64,000 nt of DNA from Octopus sinensis (lineage: Eukaryota): the NCBI RefSeq assembly GCF_006345805.1, contig NC_043012.1, forward strand, positions 50,716,001 through 50,780,000. Reading direction: 5' to 3'. Positions 26,055 through 38,557 of the stretch are shown piece after piece. The notes beneath the pieces were generated by a model that searched no databases, was not told the origin of the DNA, and saw only the letters and a list, made by a program, of their open reading frames with translations. Position numbers and translations under genes: made by a program. The stretch's first letter is position 1, and each line of letters begins with the position of its first letter.

Positions 26055-26599
26055 TGGCCTGATACAGTACAAGACAGTGGCTCTCTTGGCCTCTGATCTT
26101 AACTGACTGGAAGTGTTATCAGGTACATTGTTTTGTCTTGGTATAAAAGATGGACACAGCAAATATCTGCTCAATAGCCACAGATTTGCTTGTCATTTGT
26201 TTGACCATAACCAGTCGAGCAACCCCTTAGTGACTGACGATATATGCATCTCTGATCATGAGCAGAAGTTGTGGGAGAGCATGTGTTACGAGCGTAACCA
26301 TATTCTCATCGCTTATACAACACTTAGGCATATTATAAGACAATTCAATGATCATATAGAAAATATAAGATAAATTCACTGACAGACTAGTTAATACTTA
26401 TACTGTATAATGATGCACAATGACACACAGGTTTAACTACAGTAATTGGCGTGCAATTTCAGAAACACTTTGATAACTAATGTTGCAATTGCACTACATA
26501 TGTTATCATCGTGATAGGAAATCCATTTTCTTTTCACAGCCTGATTAGTGGAGAGTGGTCACTTATAGAATACTAGCATTAGTGCTAGTGCATGCATAT

Positions 26600-26905
26600 A
26601 CAGCTGCGTGCGTGCACACATACTCGCGAGTGCTGTCCAAATCTTTGACCAATCACATACAACTAGCTGGCATTCAATTGGCGTATCAAATTTGGGGCAT
26701 TTTGATTGGGTTTTGGATAGAAATTTCACAAAAAAGTCACTTCTATTGATTTTTAATGGCTTTGCGGGGTGACTGGGGAAATGTTAAGATGTGCACGACC
26801 ACACTTGGATGACCATAGAAAGTGTGAGCCCTCTAACTGAAAAATTGTGGATTTGTATAAAGGACACACACACACATTATGCCGTTCATATATATAGAGA
26901 GATAT
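26600..26905 (+). mobile_element. Possible Helitron/HINE-like non-autonomous element 3' end
   Basis: Ends in gaaaattgtggatttgtataaagga-(CA)n-ttatgccgttcatatatatagagagat. This microsatellite-then-tatatatagat ending resembles DINE-1/HINE-type termini from memory. Single copy in the window. Confidence 0.3.
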
Positions 26906-27328
26906 ACACAGAGCCTAAGCAACGACTGTTTAGTGTAATTCCTTTCAAATGAATTTGGTTAATTTATAATGCACAACACGGAGAAATCTGACATATTAGA
27001 GATATGTTTTACAAGTCCACATATTTGGGCAACATTTTGCCTAAAAATACATTCTACAACATACTACATCAATGAATTTATATTCTTGGGATTGCTTAAA
27101 ATAGGATCATTGCAACGACTTCATGTTCTTCCGAAACCTTTTAAGTCTCGTATTACCTGAGATCGTGTAGATATTATATCACAAGCAGGCAAGTATTGGA
27201 CGAATCAAATTGCATAAATTACGTGCATTAAACATAATATTAAAAGTTTACTACATAGCTTAATCTTCATTATCAACGCCTGCTATGTTATTCAATTTGA
27301 GTGCATACTTATCTGTGTCCTAGCACGT

Positions 27329-27403
<75 letters not shown>

Positions 27404-27431
27404 TAATATTATATATATATATATATATATC

Positions 27432-27465
<34 letters not shown>

Positions 27466-27527
27466 ACATACACACATATGTGTGTGCCCGCATGTATGTA
27501 TGTGTGTGTGTGAGAGAGAGAGAGAAT

Positions 27528-27826
27528 GCGAAGCTTAGTCGTTAAGGTATCCGGCTCAAGATCGTTACGTACGAGATGAACTCCCTCCGAACATAATGTG
27601 CCCTTGAGCAAGACAATTTACTTCACGTTGTTCCAGTCCACTCAGTTGTGAAAAATAAGTTGTACCTGTATTTTAAAGGGTCAGCATTGTCTCCCTCAGA
27701 GCTACGTGAAGAGTTCAAGTGTCCGTGAAGTGACGGGCCACTTGCACGTTCATTTCACGAGCAGACTGTGTCATTGGTCTGACCAACTTCAACTGAAGCT
27801 CTCGCCTTCGTACGAAATGGAATGGC
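27528..27826 (+). mobile_element. tRNA-derived SINE family D (Meta/V-like central domain)
   Basis: A-box-like gcttagtcgttaagg followed by tgtgcccttgagcaagacaatttacttcacgttgttccagtccactcag. The same central motif occurs at ~57580-57635. Confidence 0.65.
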
Positions 27827-27830
27827 ACAT

Positions 27831-27887
<57 letters not shown>

Positions 27888-28199
27888 GTGGGCAAACGAA
27901 AGAAGGACACTCAAGCAAGTTACTAGGAATTGCATCTTTGGATCTAACAGTTTGATTCAAATTCGTTACGCAATGCCAGTCGTCAGCCATTTTGAATTTG
28001 AATGAAATAATTGGTTTGCGATTGGTTGAGGAAGGTGACTCGGTGTCGTGGTTTGATTTTAGTATATATGGTAAATACAGTTAGTTGGAAAGTATTGCAT
28101 GGCGAACAACAACTTGACCAAGTGAAGGAGAGGGCATAGACTAGAAGTCATTCAGGATGTTGGTGGGAAGCAAGAAGGGGTGGCATGTGCAAGTATATA

Positions 28200-28409
28200 T
28201 TTCTTTACTACCTACAAGGGGCTAAACATAGAGGGGACAAACAAGGACAGACAAACGGATTAAGTCGAAATTGGTACTTTATTTATCGACCCCGAAAGGA
28301 TGAAAGGCAAAGTCGACCTCGACGGAATTTGAATTCAGAACGTAACGACAGACGAAATACCGCTAAGAATTTCGCCCGGCGCTCTAACATTTCTGCCAGC
28401 TCGCCGCCT
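28200..28409 (-). mobile_element. SINE family B, full length, with perfect 19-bp target-site duplication
   Basis: TSD tggcatgtgcaagtatata at 28181-28199 and 28410-28428. Head aggcggcgagctggcagaa; tail tttagccccttgtaggtagtaaagaaa. Confidence 0.95.
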
Positions 28410-29390
28410 TGGCATGTGCAAGTATATAGTTGTATATGTGCGTGTGCAGACGCGTTCATTTAGTTTGCGTGGATGTGTATATTGAAGCGCGTGCGCGCGT
28501 CTGTATAGTGGTGCGCACGCGAACGTCTGCAGACATACACACAGACACACACACACACACTCACACACACTTACCACGTACTTGGACGAGAACGCACGCG
28601 CACACACGCACAAACATACCCACACATACGCACACATTAACACACACACACAGGCATACACACACATGCGGATTCATTCATTTGTATATATGTATATTCG
28701 TATGCATGTACACTGCATGCCAGTGTGCGTATGTGCACGCGCTTGTGCGCAAGTATATAAGAAAAAAACAAGCGTTGGGGATTGGTAAGTGGTGGCACTT
28801 GTCATGTATTGGGGGTTGGTAAATGTCTTACATTTACGGCAAAATTTGTTTTAAAGAACTATGATTATATTTTATATAAAAATGCTTGGCGGTTTACAAT
28901 TAATGGATTGTATGTCATTGTTAAAACGTATTCAGTTACCAAATTACACTAGTTTACATTATATAGAGGCTCTAATCAAGTAAATTATCTATGCAAAGAA
29001 GATGATATTTTTTCTCGGAGACAGACTTACGTAAACGAAGATCACGTTCGATCGTTATCACTTTGAGAGATATCAGCTTCAATGGAATAAGCTGGTTTAC
29101 CTTTCTATTTAAAGGTTAAAATTATGGGATTAACACAATTAAATATACTGCGAATTTCAAATTATCCAATATCATGAAGTATTGCTGAATGGAATAATCA
29201 ATTATCCCTCGTCACCAGACTCAGACTGATGCGTTTAATGAATTCTAATTTATATGCAGTTTAAATAAGTATAAACTACTAGTATCATCGTCAAGCGATA
29301 GACATTATTACATTGAGTTAGGTCTAGAAAATTTGGAGTTATTTCGCCCTACGAAGAAGCATATGATAACAAAAACAAAATATATATATA

Positions 29391-31376
29391 TGATTTGATT
29401 TTGATTTGATTTTTGATTTTTCCAGTTTCAGCTTATGAGCTGTGGCCATGCTGGGGCACCGCCATTTGGTCTTGCTACTTGGTTTCACTTCATGAAGGCT
29501 TTCTAGCAGCTGCTATTTGGTGCATGAGAGAGTTCGATGCAGCTGCCCTCATCTGCCCCTCCTGCCGTGAAGTTGGTTCATCTGGGACACCTGACAGGAA
29601 GAGATCCAGCTTCATTTTAAAGACATCTGTATCCACCCCATGCAGGTCTCTCAGGTTCTTCGGGAGGATATTGAAGAGCTGTGGGCCTCGGAAGCCCAGG
29701 CTATCACAGAATCTTGTCCTACATCTTGATGGCAAGTTTGGAGTCCTAGGCACCACGCAGTGGCCCCAGTTCTGGCATTTGCGTAACTCTCGATGCCAAG
29801 TTCAGGACACTTCCCTCCAGGATCTTCATATGTATATTATGGCATATCTTTCCCGCCTACGCTCCAGGGAATATAATTTTAATTTCCTGAGTCTTTCCCA
29901 GTAGCTTACATTCTGCATAGAGCTATCTTCTTCGGTAGCTACGGTTGGATCGCCTCGAGCTCTGTGATCAACTTGACACTGGATGGTGACCATAACTGAG
30001 AGCAGTAGTCAAAGTGGCTTAGGACAAGTGTCCTCCAGAGGACCATCATGGTTTCTTGTTCTCTTGTTCTAAAGGTTCTGAGGATCCATCCGGCCAGTCG
30101 TCTACATTTCATTGCCAATTTAGCAACATGTACACGAAAGGTCGCGTCATCACTCATGTAAATACCTAGGTCACGCACTGATTGTGCCTCTGGGATTGCT
30201 ATTCCTCCGGGTCCAGTGTATTCATTGGGTATTGCATTTAGTTTTGCATGCTGATAGTATAGAGCTTGAAACTTTTCAGCATTGAACTGCATGCTATTCT
30301 TTTCGGCCTACTTGTATATTTTTTCTAGCTCACATTACAGGTGTTTAGTGTCCTCAGGGTTCTGTATTGCCTGTGAAACTTTTGTATCATCTGCATAACT
30401 TGTGATCGTGGCTCTCTGCGTGGCTGAGGGCATGTCTGAGAGGGCCATTATGAACAGTAGTGGTCCCAGAACAGTGCCCTGCGGAACACCGCTCACTATT
30501 TGCGTGTTAATGGAAGTGGCCCCATTGGCCACTACCACCTGACTTCTATCTTTCAGAAAGTCATGAAGCCATTCTCCCAGTTTTCCAACTATGTTGAATC
30601 ACGCAGTTTGTGACATATCATTCTATGATCGACTTTATCAAAGGCCTTTGCAAAGTCGAGATATCACTTCCACATTTGAGTGGTTGAGCAGCCGTTTCAG
30701 CACCCAGTCATAGTGTTGTAGGAGCTGAGTTAAACAGCTTCTCCCTGGTCGGAAACCATGTTGGGTGTCGGGCAGCAAGTCATTTTCTTCAAGGAAGGTG
30801 ATCAGCTTCCTTCTGACTATTCGTTCCATGACCTTGCTGATGTGTGAGGTGAGAGAGATAGGTCTATAGTTCTTGGCTTCCTCCGCTCTGCTACCTCCTT
30901 TATGAATGGGGCATATTTTACCTTCCTTCAGTTTTCTTGGAAGTTTGCCAGCTGCAAGGAAGCTCTGAAAGAGGAACTGCAGTGGTCTTGCTAGGACTCT
31001 CTTACATGCTTTTAGGAGGATTGCCGGGAATCCATCGGGGCCAGTAGCTGAGTCTGTTTTCATTTCATCTATAGCCTTGATTACATCGTCTTCCTTTATA
31101 TCGTTGTAATCTATCGTCGCCGCCTCTGATTTTATATCTGCAGTGGTAAAAAAGTCAGTTGGATTGGTGATTTGGAGATGCCCAAGGGGTGGAGTGAAAA
31201 CACTCTTGAATTGCTCATTCAGTATTTCACTTACCCTCATTGGTTTTCCTGTAAGTGTGCCATCCTTTTCGAGGAGTGGCCCTATTCTACAGTGCACCGT
31301 AGCTGTTTCTTTGGCATACCTGTAGAAAGCTCTGGGTTAGATTTTATGTTGTCTATAGCCCATATGTTGTCTATAG
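29391..31376 (-). mobile_element. CR1-clade LINE, 5'-truncated; ORF2 RT disrupted by frameshifts and stops
   Basis: SATGPDG, NYRPISLTSHISKVMERIV, QHGFRPGRSC, FAKAFDKVD, GVPQGTVLGPLLF, YADDTK, FNAEKFQ, RDLGI and DYCSQLWSP. The 3' tail is an (AAAATCAAATC)-like repeat. (TA)n lies on both flanks. Confidence 0.95.
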
Positions 31377-32192
31377 TCTATATATATACATTAAAAATAT
31401 ATATATATACATTTAATCATCTCATAATAATGACTTTTATTACTTTTATTACTACCTCAGTCCATCAAAATGTATATATCTGTCGTTACCTTTCATAAAA
31501 AGCGTTTTCTTTTTTTATTCAAATGTGCATTTTCCTTGATTTTTCTTACTTCCCCTTACATTTCCACGTGTATTTTATATTTTCTTTTTGTAACATATTT
31601 CTACTATAATATATTATATATCAGCCCTTTTATATAATGTAATAATTTGAATTCGCCTTAATGGTGCCTTTGCATACTGAATACTTGTGAAATTGATTAA
31701 TAATTAATTAATTTTACCCTCAATTGTTGAAATTATAATTCATCTCTCTCTATTTAATGCCTCGGATTTCCGAAAAAAGCATAGTGTTTACGATTTTAAC
31801 CCCCACGCTGCTGGAAAGGGGAGAGCAAAATTTCATTCTTCGCTTGCATATTGATTTTCTGGCACTGTAGTTTCGAGCAGATCTTCAGAAGCGATAAGAA
31901 GCCGAAAGGGTATGCTCCCACTTTCAGTGTTTTCAAATCCAAACCAAGGAGTTCTGAGCTGATGATAGAAATGTCGAGTTGACTAATCTTGAAACGTACG
32001 TTCTCAAATAACCGTTGCATTTGATTTTTTAATGTCTTTACCCCCCCATACTTTTGTGATTGAATTGAGAAAACACTATATGAGAGAGTTTTCTTTAAGT
32101 ATTAAAATAGTTTTAAAAAAGTTTTTTTAGCTACTATTTCTAATGAGTTCAGTATGCGGCAAAGTAATTTATTTTACTAAGCCCTTTTTATA

Positions 32193-32272
<80 letters not shown>

Positions 32273-33507
32273 TACCAAATATTCCTTTTTATTTATACTA
32301 AGTACAAATCATTTTACGATAGACCACTATGACAACGCCTGTAGCTAAAGAGCAAATAGGTAAATAAACATCAAATATTTGTTTATTAGAGCTTGTATTT
32401 TCTGTAGGTTAGAGTGTATGAGCTTGTAAGAGAGGTATACGCAGGTATGTGTACGTGCGTATTCTGATGAGTAGACAAAGTGGACAGACATTTATTATAT
32501 ATATCTATTTATATATATATATATATACATACACACATAGGTATGTATGGTTATATGTGTAGGTATGGTACATGTGTAGTGTGCGGTCTACGTAATCGGT
32601 ACAAATTGGATCGATGGTTGTGTCGACCATCAGTTTCTTTAACATTGGAAATAACATTGGATGTTAGTCTATGTTATTTGGGAAAAGGAGCCAGATTCTT
32701 TATATCAGGTGGACTTCGACGAAAGTGTGATTGTTGTTAACGGCGCAGGTGAGACGTAAGTCTATATGGTTTAAAACTGCATTTAGTGCAGATATTAAAC
32801 GTAGCAAGCTGTTACTGGAGAGGACAGAATATTCGTATTACAGTGCGATGCTTTATAATTCAAGTGGAATAGGTGTGTTTTTTGGACGGTGAGTGAAGCA
32901 GCGTTCAGGTTTGTGATCACACAATATACGGACAACAATCTGCCTTCACTCTTTTCACATATAACACGCTCTTGACAAAGCTCCAGCGATCATAGTCAAT
33001 TGCGACAGTATTCAAAGACTGTGGGCTTCATATCATTATATTCATATCCGTCCAGAAATATCAATTCATAACTATATCCCATTTCTTTTGAATACCAGAT
33101 CCAACAGTATGTCTATTTATAATCATCTCTTCTGTGTGCTAAGTGGAAGGGGCTTAGTCCGGAGAGATGCATACATGCAGATACAAATATACATATACAA
33201 AACAAAAATGCACATAGATTCACAGGAGCACTCATGCACATTCACATACATATATATTCAGATGTCGCTACTCTGACATCACACTGAGCATCCATTTTTA
33301 GAAATAAAATCCATAATCCATCTCACAGAAGTAGTGTATATTTATCATGTACTGGCCTCTTTCCAGCTTGCTCATAAAAATAAACATATATTTCTAACAA
33401 AATATATTTCTAAATACTAATTGTTATCCGTTCATGTATGTTAAGCATGCATACAAATCTTGCATTAATATCGAAGACACATATGTGCGTATGTGTGTGC
33501 GTATGTG

Positions 33508-33538
<31 letters not shown>

Positions 33539-34825
33539 AAGTATACATGTGTGATTTTGTAGTAGTTTATGCATTTTTATATTTTTATATTTCACTTTAT
33601 AATAGCAAGCATGTAAGTACATATCTGTATTTTCGCGGGCGCGCGTATGCGGTTTTGTATGTGTGTGTATGTGTGTGTGTGTGTTGTCTGTGTGTGTGTG
33701 ACTGTATGTAATAATATGACAGAAGTGTGATTTTGATATATAATTTATATAATACTACGGAAAGAATTTCATTGATACTTGTTTTCCTTTGTTGATAGTA
33801 AGAAGATATTTCGGTGAATAGTCACTCCACTGAATATTTTATATGAAGAATATTTAAGTTTTGCGAGAAGTTACTTGCGTATTGATAAATACATATAAAT
33901 AACCTTGGAAATCTAACCTTCTTCTAGTTGGTTTGTTAGATTGGCACTAAGAAAAATTTAACCAGCTACAATGTCAGTAACATCGTGACATTGCATTATT
34001 TTCGAAAACATTGATCGAAATAACTGATCGTTTTCTTAAGCGAAGACAAATTTCAAGGAGTTGGCACAATTTGGCTGGCTGACAAACCATGCTAGAATAT
34101 TATGAAGCAATGCATCCCAAATAGCTATTAGGTTAGTTGTCCAAGCACGTTCAACTGTCCGTAATGAACATTGGCTAAATTACTGATAGCTCTAGGTCAT
34201 TGCTGCCATCTGAAGTCAGATACTGCTTAATGGCTGGAAACATCTTCCGACGGAATCCTGGCAGAAACACTTTCTTCGGATGGCCGCAGATGAAAAGTTC
34301 CTTTAAACAGACGTACATTGATGTAAGCAGTGCTAGGAGAGATCTAATGAGCTGGTTTGGTTTGCAATGCCATGGTCTAGTAAAGAATGACACAATATTG
34401 ACAATAGGCATTACGAAGTTGGCTGGTGTGTCACAAAGGTTGATCTCATTTACATTAAAACCATGAATATGTATAAGAGGAAGCGACAAACTACGTCTTC
34501 ATGCCAACGGACGCCACATAACTATTTAAGAATATCGCATTTCACTTCTGGTTAATCAAAGCGCTTTGTTGACTAGACGAATTATAGAATTAAGGAAATT
34601 TCAAACTACATAGTTATAAATATTTCTTAAGAACTATAGAAATATCGAATAAGAGAAATCGAAGAATGATTATAGCTACATAATTCATTAGAATTACTGC
34701 ATAATATTTGCATGAATTACTACGACATTCTTGTCTTTAGATATAGAAATAATTTCGTCATTGATAATGCAAAATATCCGTTTGAACACAGTGTTGTATT
34801 GAAATAAGTTTTGCATAAACTCAGC

Positions 34826-34896
<71 letters not shown>

Positions 34897-35787
34897 TGTA
34901 TGTATGTATGTATGTACATGTATGTACGTCTAAGTACGTGTGTAATCTATGTGCATGTTTGTATGTATATAGTCTGTATGTATGTTAGTATGTATGAAAT
35001 GAGGTAAATTGAAATTATTCAATGCTTTCAAAATGTGAAATTTTTAAATCAGTGTAAATCTAAGTTGATTCTTTAAACGTCATTGAATTGTATCAAGTTA
35101 TATCTACTTGCTGTATATTTAAAATAACGTTTGAATGTAATATGTGATGCAAATATAAAGGAATTTAATAGTGTCACACAGGAAGTAGCGCACTGTTTTA
35201 ATTTAACTGTTTAAAACCCATTTTAAAATAGAAATAGAAAGTTGAAAGCTTGTAATAGTGCTCATATTTTAGAATAGAATAAAGACTTGAGTGATAATTA
35301 ACTCAGTTTTTATATGCAAATATTAATACGTGTATTAACATACATATACGTACATACATATAGATACAAACATGTACATATATATGCACACATATATAGA
35401 CAGATACACATATAAATATAGTATAAACACACTCACTGACGAATTCATACACATACACATAAATGTGTAAGTGTGAGTGAATATGAATATATGAAAGAGA
35501 TTTTGTTACAAATTTAGAAATTTATGCATTTGCACTGGTATGTTGGAAATTTCGTAAACATACAGTAGTAACAGATATCCTTATGCTTTGATAGAGACAC
35601 ATCATCCAACCTACAATATATGCACTAATTGTTATTAATATTCGTGTCTATGTATCTTTGTTGTTTTCTGTAAACAGTTTTAATTGCATTCGCTGCACAT
35701 CTACTCAAATAATTGTTTCCAAAAACTTTTTTTTTCACATATCCTCCCAAACGTATCAATTTACACGTGTCTTTTTCTTTTAACTTT

Positions 35788-36200
35788 TACTTGTTTCATT
35801 CAATAGGCAGCGGTCATGCGAGAGCACCGCTTGTAGTTTTGTTGTTGTGTTTTTTTAAAAACTTAGTACGTAATGTATTGGACTGTTTTGTCGAGAACGC
35901 TAATTTACGAGGACGTAAACACATCAACACAGGTTGTCAAGAAGTTAGGGTTAGGGTTATGGTTAGGGTGTGACAAACACTGACGCAGACACAACACACA
36001 CACAGTCATATAGATAGATAAATATATATATGTAACTGGTTTCTTTCAGTTCCAGTCTACCTAATCCACTCAGAAGACTTTGATCGGTACGAGGCTATAG
36101 TACAAATCGCCTGTCCAATTCTCCACGTTTCCACGTTGTGCAACTGAGCCGAAAACCAAGTGGTTGGGAAGCAAGTTTCTTACCACATAATGTGATACCT
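35788..36200 (-). mobile_element. SINE family A, old copy, with internal TTAGGG-like repeats
   Basis: Tail ttacttgtttcattcaataggcagcggtcatgcgagagcaccgc, central ttctttcagttccagtctacc and head ..aagcaagtttcttaccaca. Confidence 0.75.
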
Positions 36201-36914
36201 TTACAGAGAATAACGCCCTTGATGTCAATGAAACATATTCCAGCAGTTTCTCATATATTGGGTGAGAAGACTTCAGATTGAAATCACTTGTAGTGACTGC
36301 TAGCAATGCGTGAAAGAAATTGTTAAATTGTACTCGAAATAACATAAAGATGCGCCCCATCAGCGTAGTGGATTGTTCATTGATTACACATTACCAACAG
36401 TAATGAGGCAGGTAGAAATAAGTACTTTCTGAGAGGAGATTCATTAGCAGTAAGTTGTATGGTTATGCAAAAGAAATATGAACAGAAAGTGCTGTTGAAA
36501 CATCAGGTTAATGTAGAAATTTTTTTCTCTGATTGATTTGGAATCAGTCACGCAAGAATGATACAAGTATATTTAAATATTGAGAAGTATTAAAACTAAT
36601 GGTTTTAATACAATGATTTTTATAAATTCATGAGACACACTTTGCATTGGTTCAGTCATTTTTACTGAGCCTGTCAAAAGTTTTCATTAGTATATTACAC
36701 AACATATATCTAACATTTTGAAAAGTAAATGTGAACCCTGATGAACTTTTAGTTAGGAAACCAGTTGAATTTACTATCCTTTTCCTAGGATTCTGGAAGA
36801 ATTTATATCGATGTTTCATCTTATTGTATATGAAGTTGGTTTTGGTGTTGGATTCGTTGACTTTACGTAAGACAAATATTTTATGTGTATCTATATCTAT
36901 ATATATCAATATCT

Positions 36915-37420
36915 ATTTGCCTGAAGCCACCTTGAGCATAATCCTATGAACCCAGAAATTGAAAACAGAGAGTTACCCACTTGCAAACAAATGTGGTAAC
37001 ATATAACAATATTGACCAAGGTTACCGTGGTCTTTTTCGTAGGCTTTTCTTCCCACGGATAAACCTTACTTGCTTTCCCCTTTACACCATATATCATAAC
37101 ACTGTGATACACGATCCCTATTGATCGTTCTTTTTTTTCCTCTTCCCCTTTTTTCCCCTTCTTTCTTCTTTTTTCATTTCTCTTTCCTTTTGTTCCTTTT
37201 CCTTTTCTTTTTTTTCTTTTTATTCTTTTTATTTTATTCAATTTTTTAAAAATTTTATTTAAATTTTTTTTGTTTTTGTTCTTTTCTTCCCTCTTGATCG
37301 AAAACCTACGCCACCCCCTTTTTTTTTCTTTTGTTTTTTGTTCTCTTCATCCCCCAAAAGAAAAGCTCTACCTTGTAACTTGTCCCATCTGTGTGCAGCC
37401 CTGTGTGGCCAATAAAGAAA
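36915..37420 (+). mobile_element. 3' end (last codons ATLSIIL* plus 3' UTR) of an unidentified non-LTR element
   Basis: Pyrimidine-rich UTR ending ttgtcccatctgtgtgcagccctgtgtggccaataaagaaac, a terminus shared with SINE family B. The clade (possibly L1/Tx1-like) cannot be determined from the sequence visible. Confidence 0.4.
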
Positions 37421-37448
37421 CTTATCTATCTATATATCAATCTATCTA

Positions 37449-37479
<31 letters not shown>

Positions 37480-37488
37480 TATATTTAT

Positions 37489-37560
<72 letters not shown>

Positions 37561-37748
37561 CTTTATTTTAAGCAGCAGAAAATTCAACAAAATCTGTACT
37601 CTGAGTTTCTCGTTGCCGTTCATCAGACAGTTTTCGTTAGAATGGAACCGATATATCAATTCAATCTAGACTCTTACAAACGCTACACCTTTAAAAAGAA
37701 ATGGACTTGTTTGATTGGCCCTTTAGAAAAAAACGGTCAATCTTCGAG

Positions 37749-37794
<46 letters not shown>

Positions 37795-37904
37795 GTAAAT
37801 GTAATATGTGACAATTATGCACTAGCAATCATGGGAAAAATACAGATAAATTCCTCTATGTATATAATATTCAGGTCACTTTCTTTTGTTGTCTTACCAT
37901 TTTT

Positions 37905-37921
37905 ATCTATATCTATATCTA

Positions 37922-37989
<68 letters not shown>

Positions 37990-38020
37990 ATCTATCTATC
38001 TATCTATCTATCAATCTATA

Positions 38021-38062
<42 letters not shown>

Positions 38063-38101
38063 CTATCTATCTATCAATCTACCTAACCTATCTATCTATC
38101 T

Positions 38102-38178
<77 letters not shown>

Positions 38179-38215
38179 CAGATAGATAGATAGACAGATA
38201 TAAATATAGATATAG
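37905..38215. repeat. (TATC)n immediately followed by (TAGA)n: an inverted tetranucleotide array
   Basis: Junction ctatctatagatag centred at 38102/38103. Confidence 0.95.
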
Positions 38216-38479
38216 ACAAAATGGCTGACAGTTAGTAAGGAGAGACACAAATAAGAAAGAAGAAAACAAAGGACTACTGATGCGGTCACAGGATTGTGAC
38301 GAAAGAACTCTGGCCGAAATAAGATTAAGATTAATGTAAAAAATAAATAACACTGAGGCAAAATAACACCAAATATACAGTGCGTGTGTTTTTATTGGCT
38401 AAACTGGCAAGATGACCATTCCGAAATATAACAATATATGTTTCAACACACGACTTTACATAAAAAATCTTGCACAACA

Positions 38480-38557
<78 letters not shown>

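Noticed and set aside
26055-26330. Probable dispersed repeat next to (TAA)n
   Set aside because: It feels familiar as an octopus repeat, but there is only one copy in the window and no diagnostic structure.
29413-29904. 163-aa plus-strand ORF
   Set aside because: Antisense to the CR1 ORF2 C-terminus.
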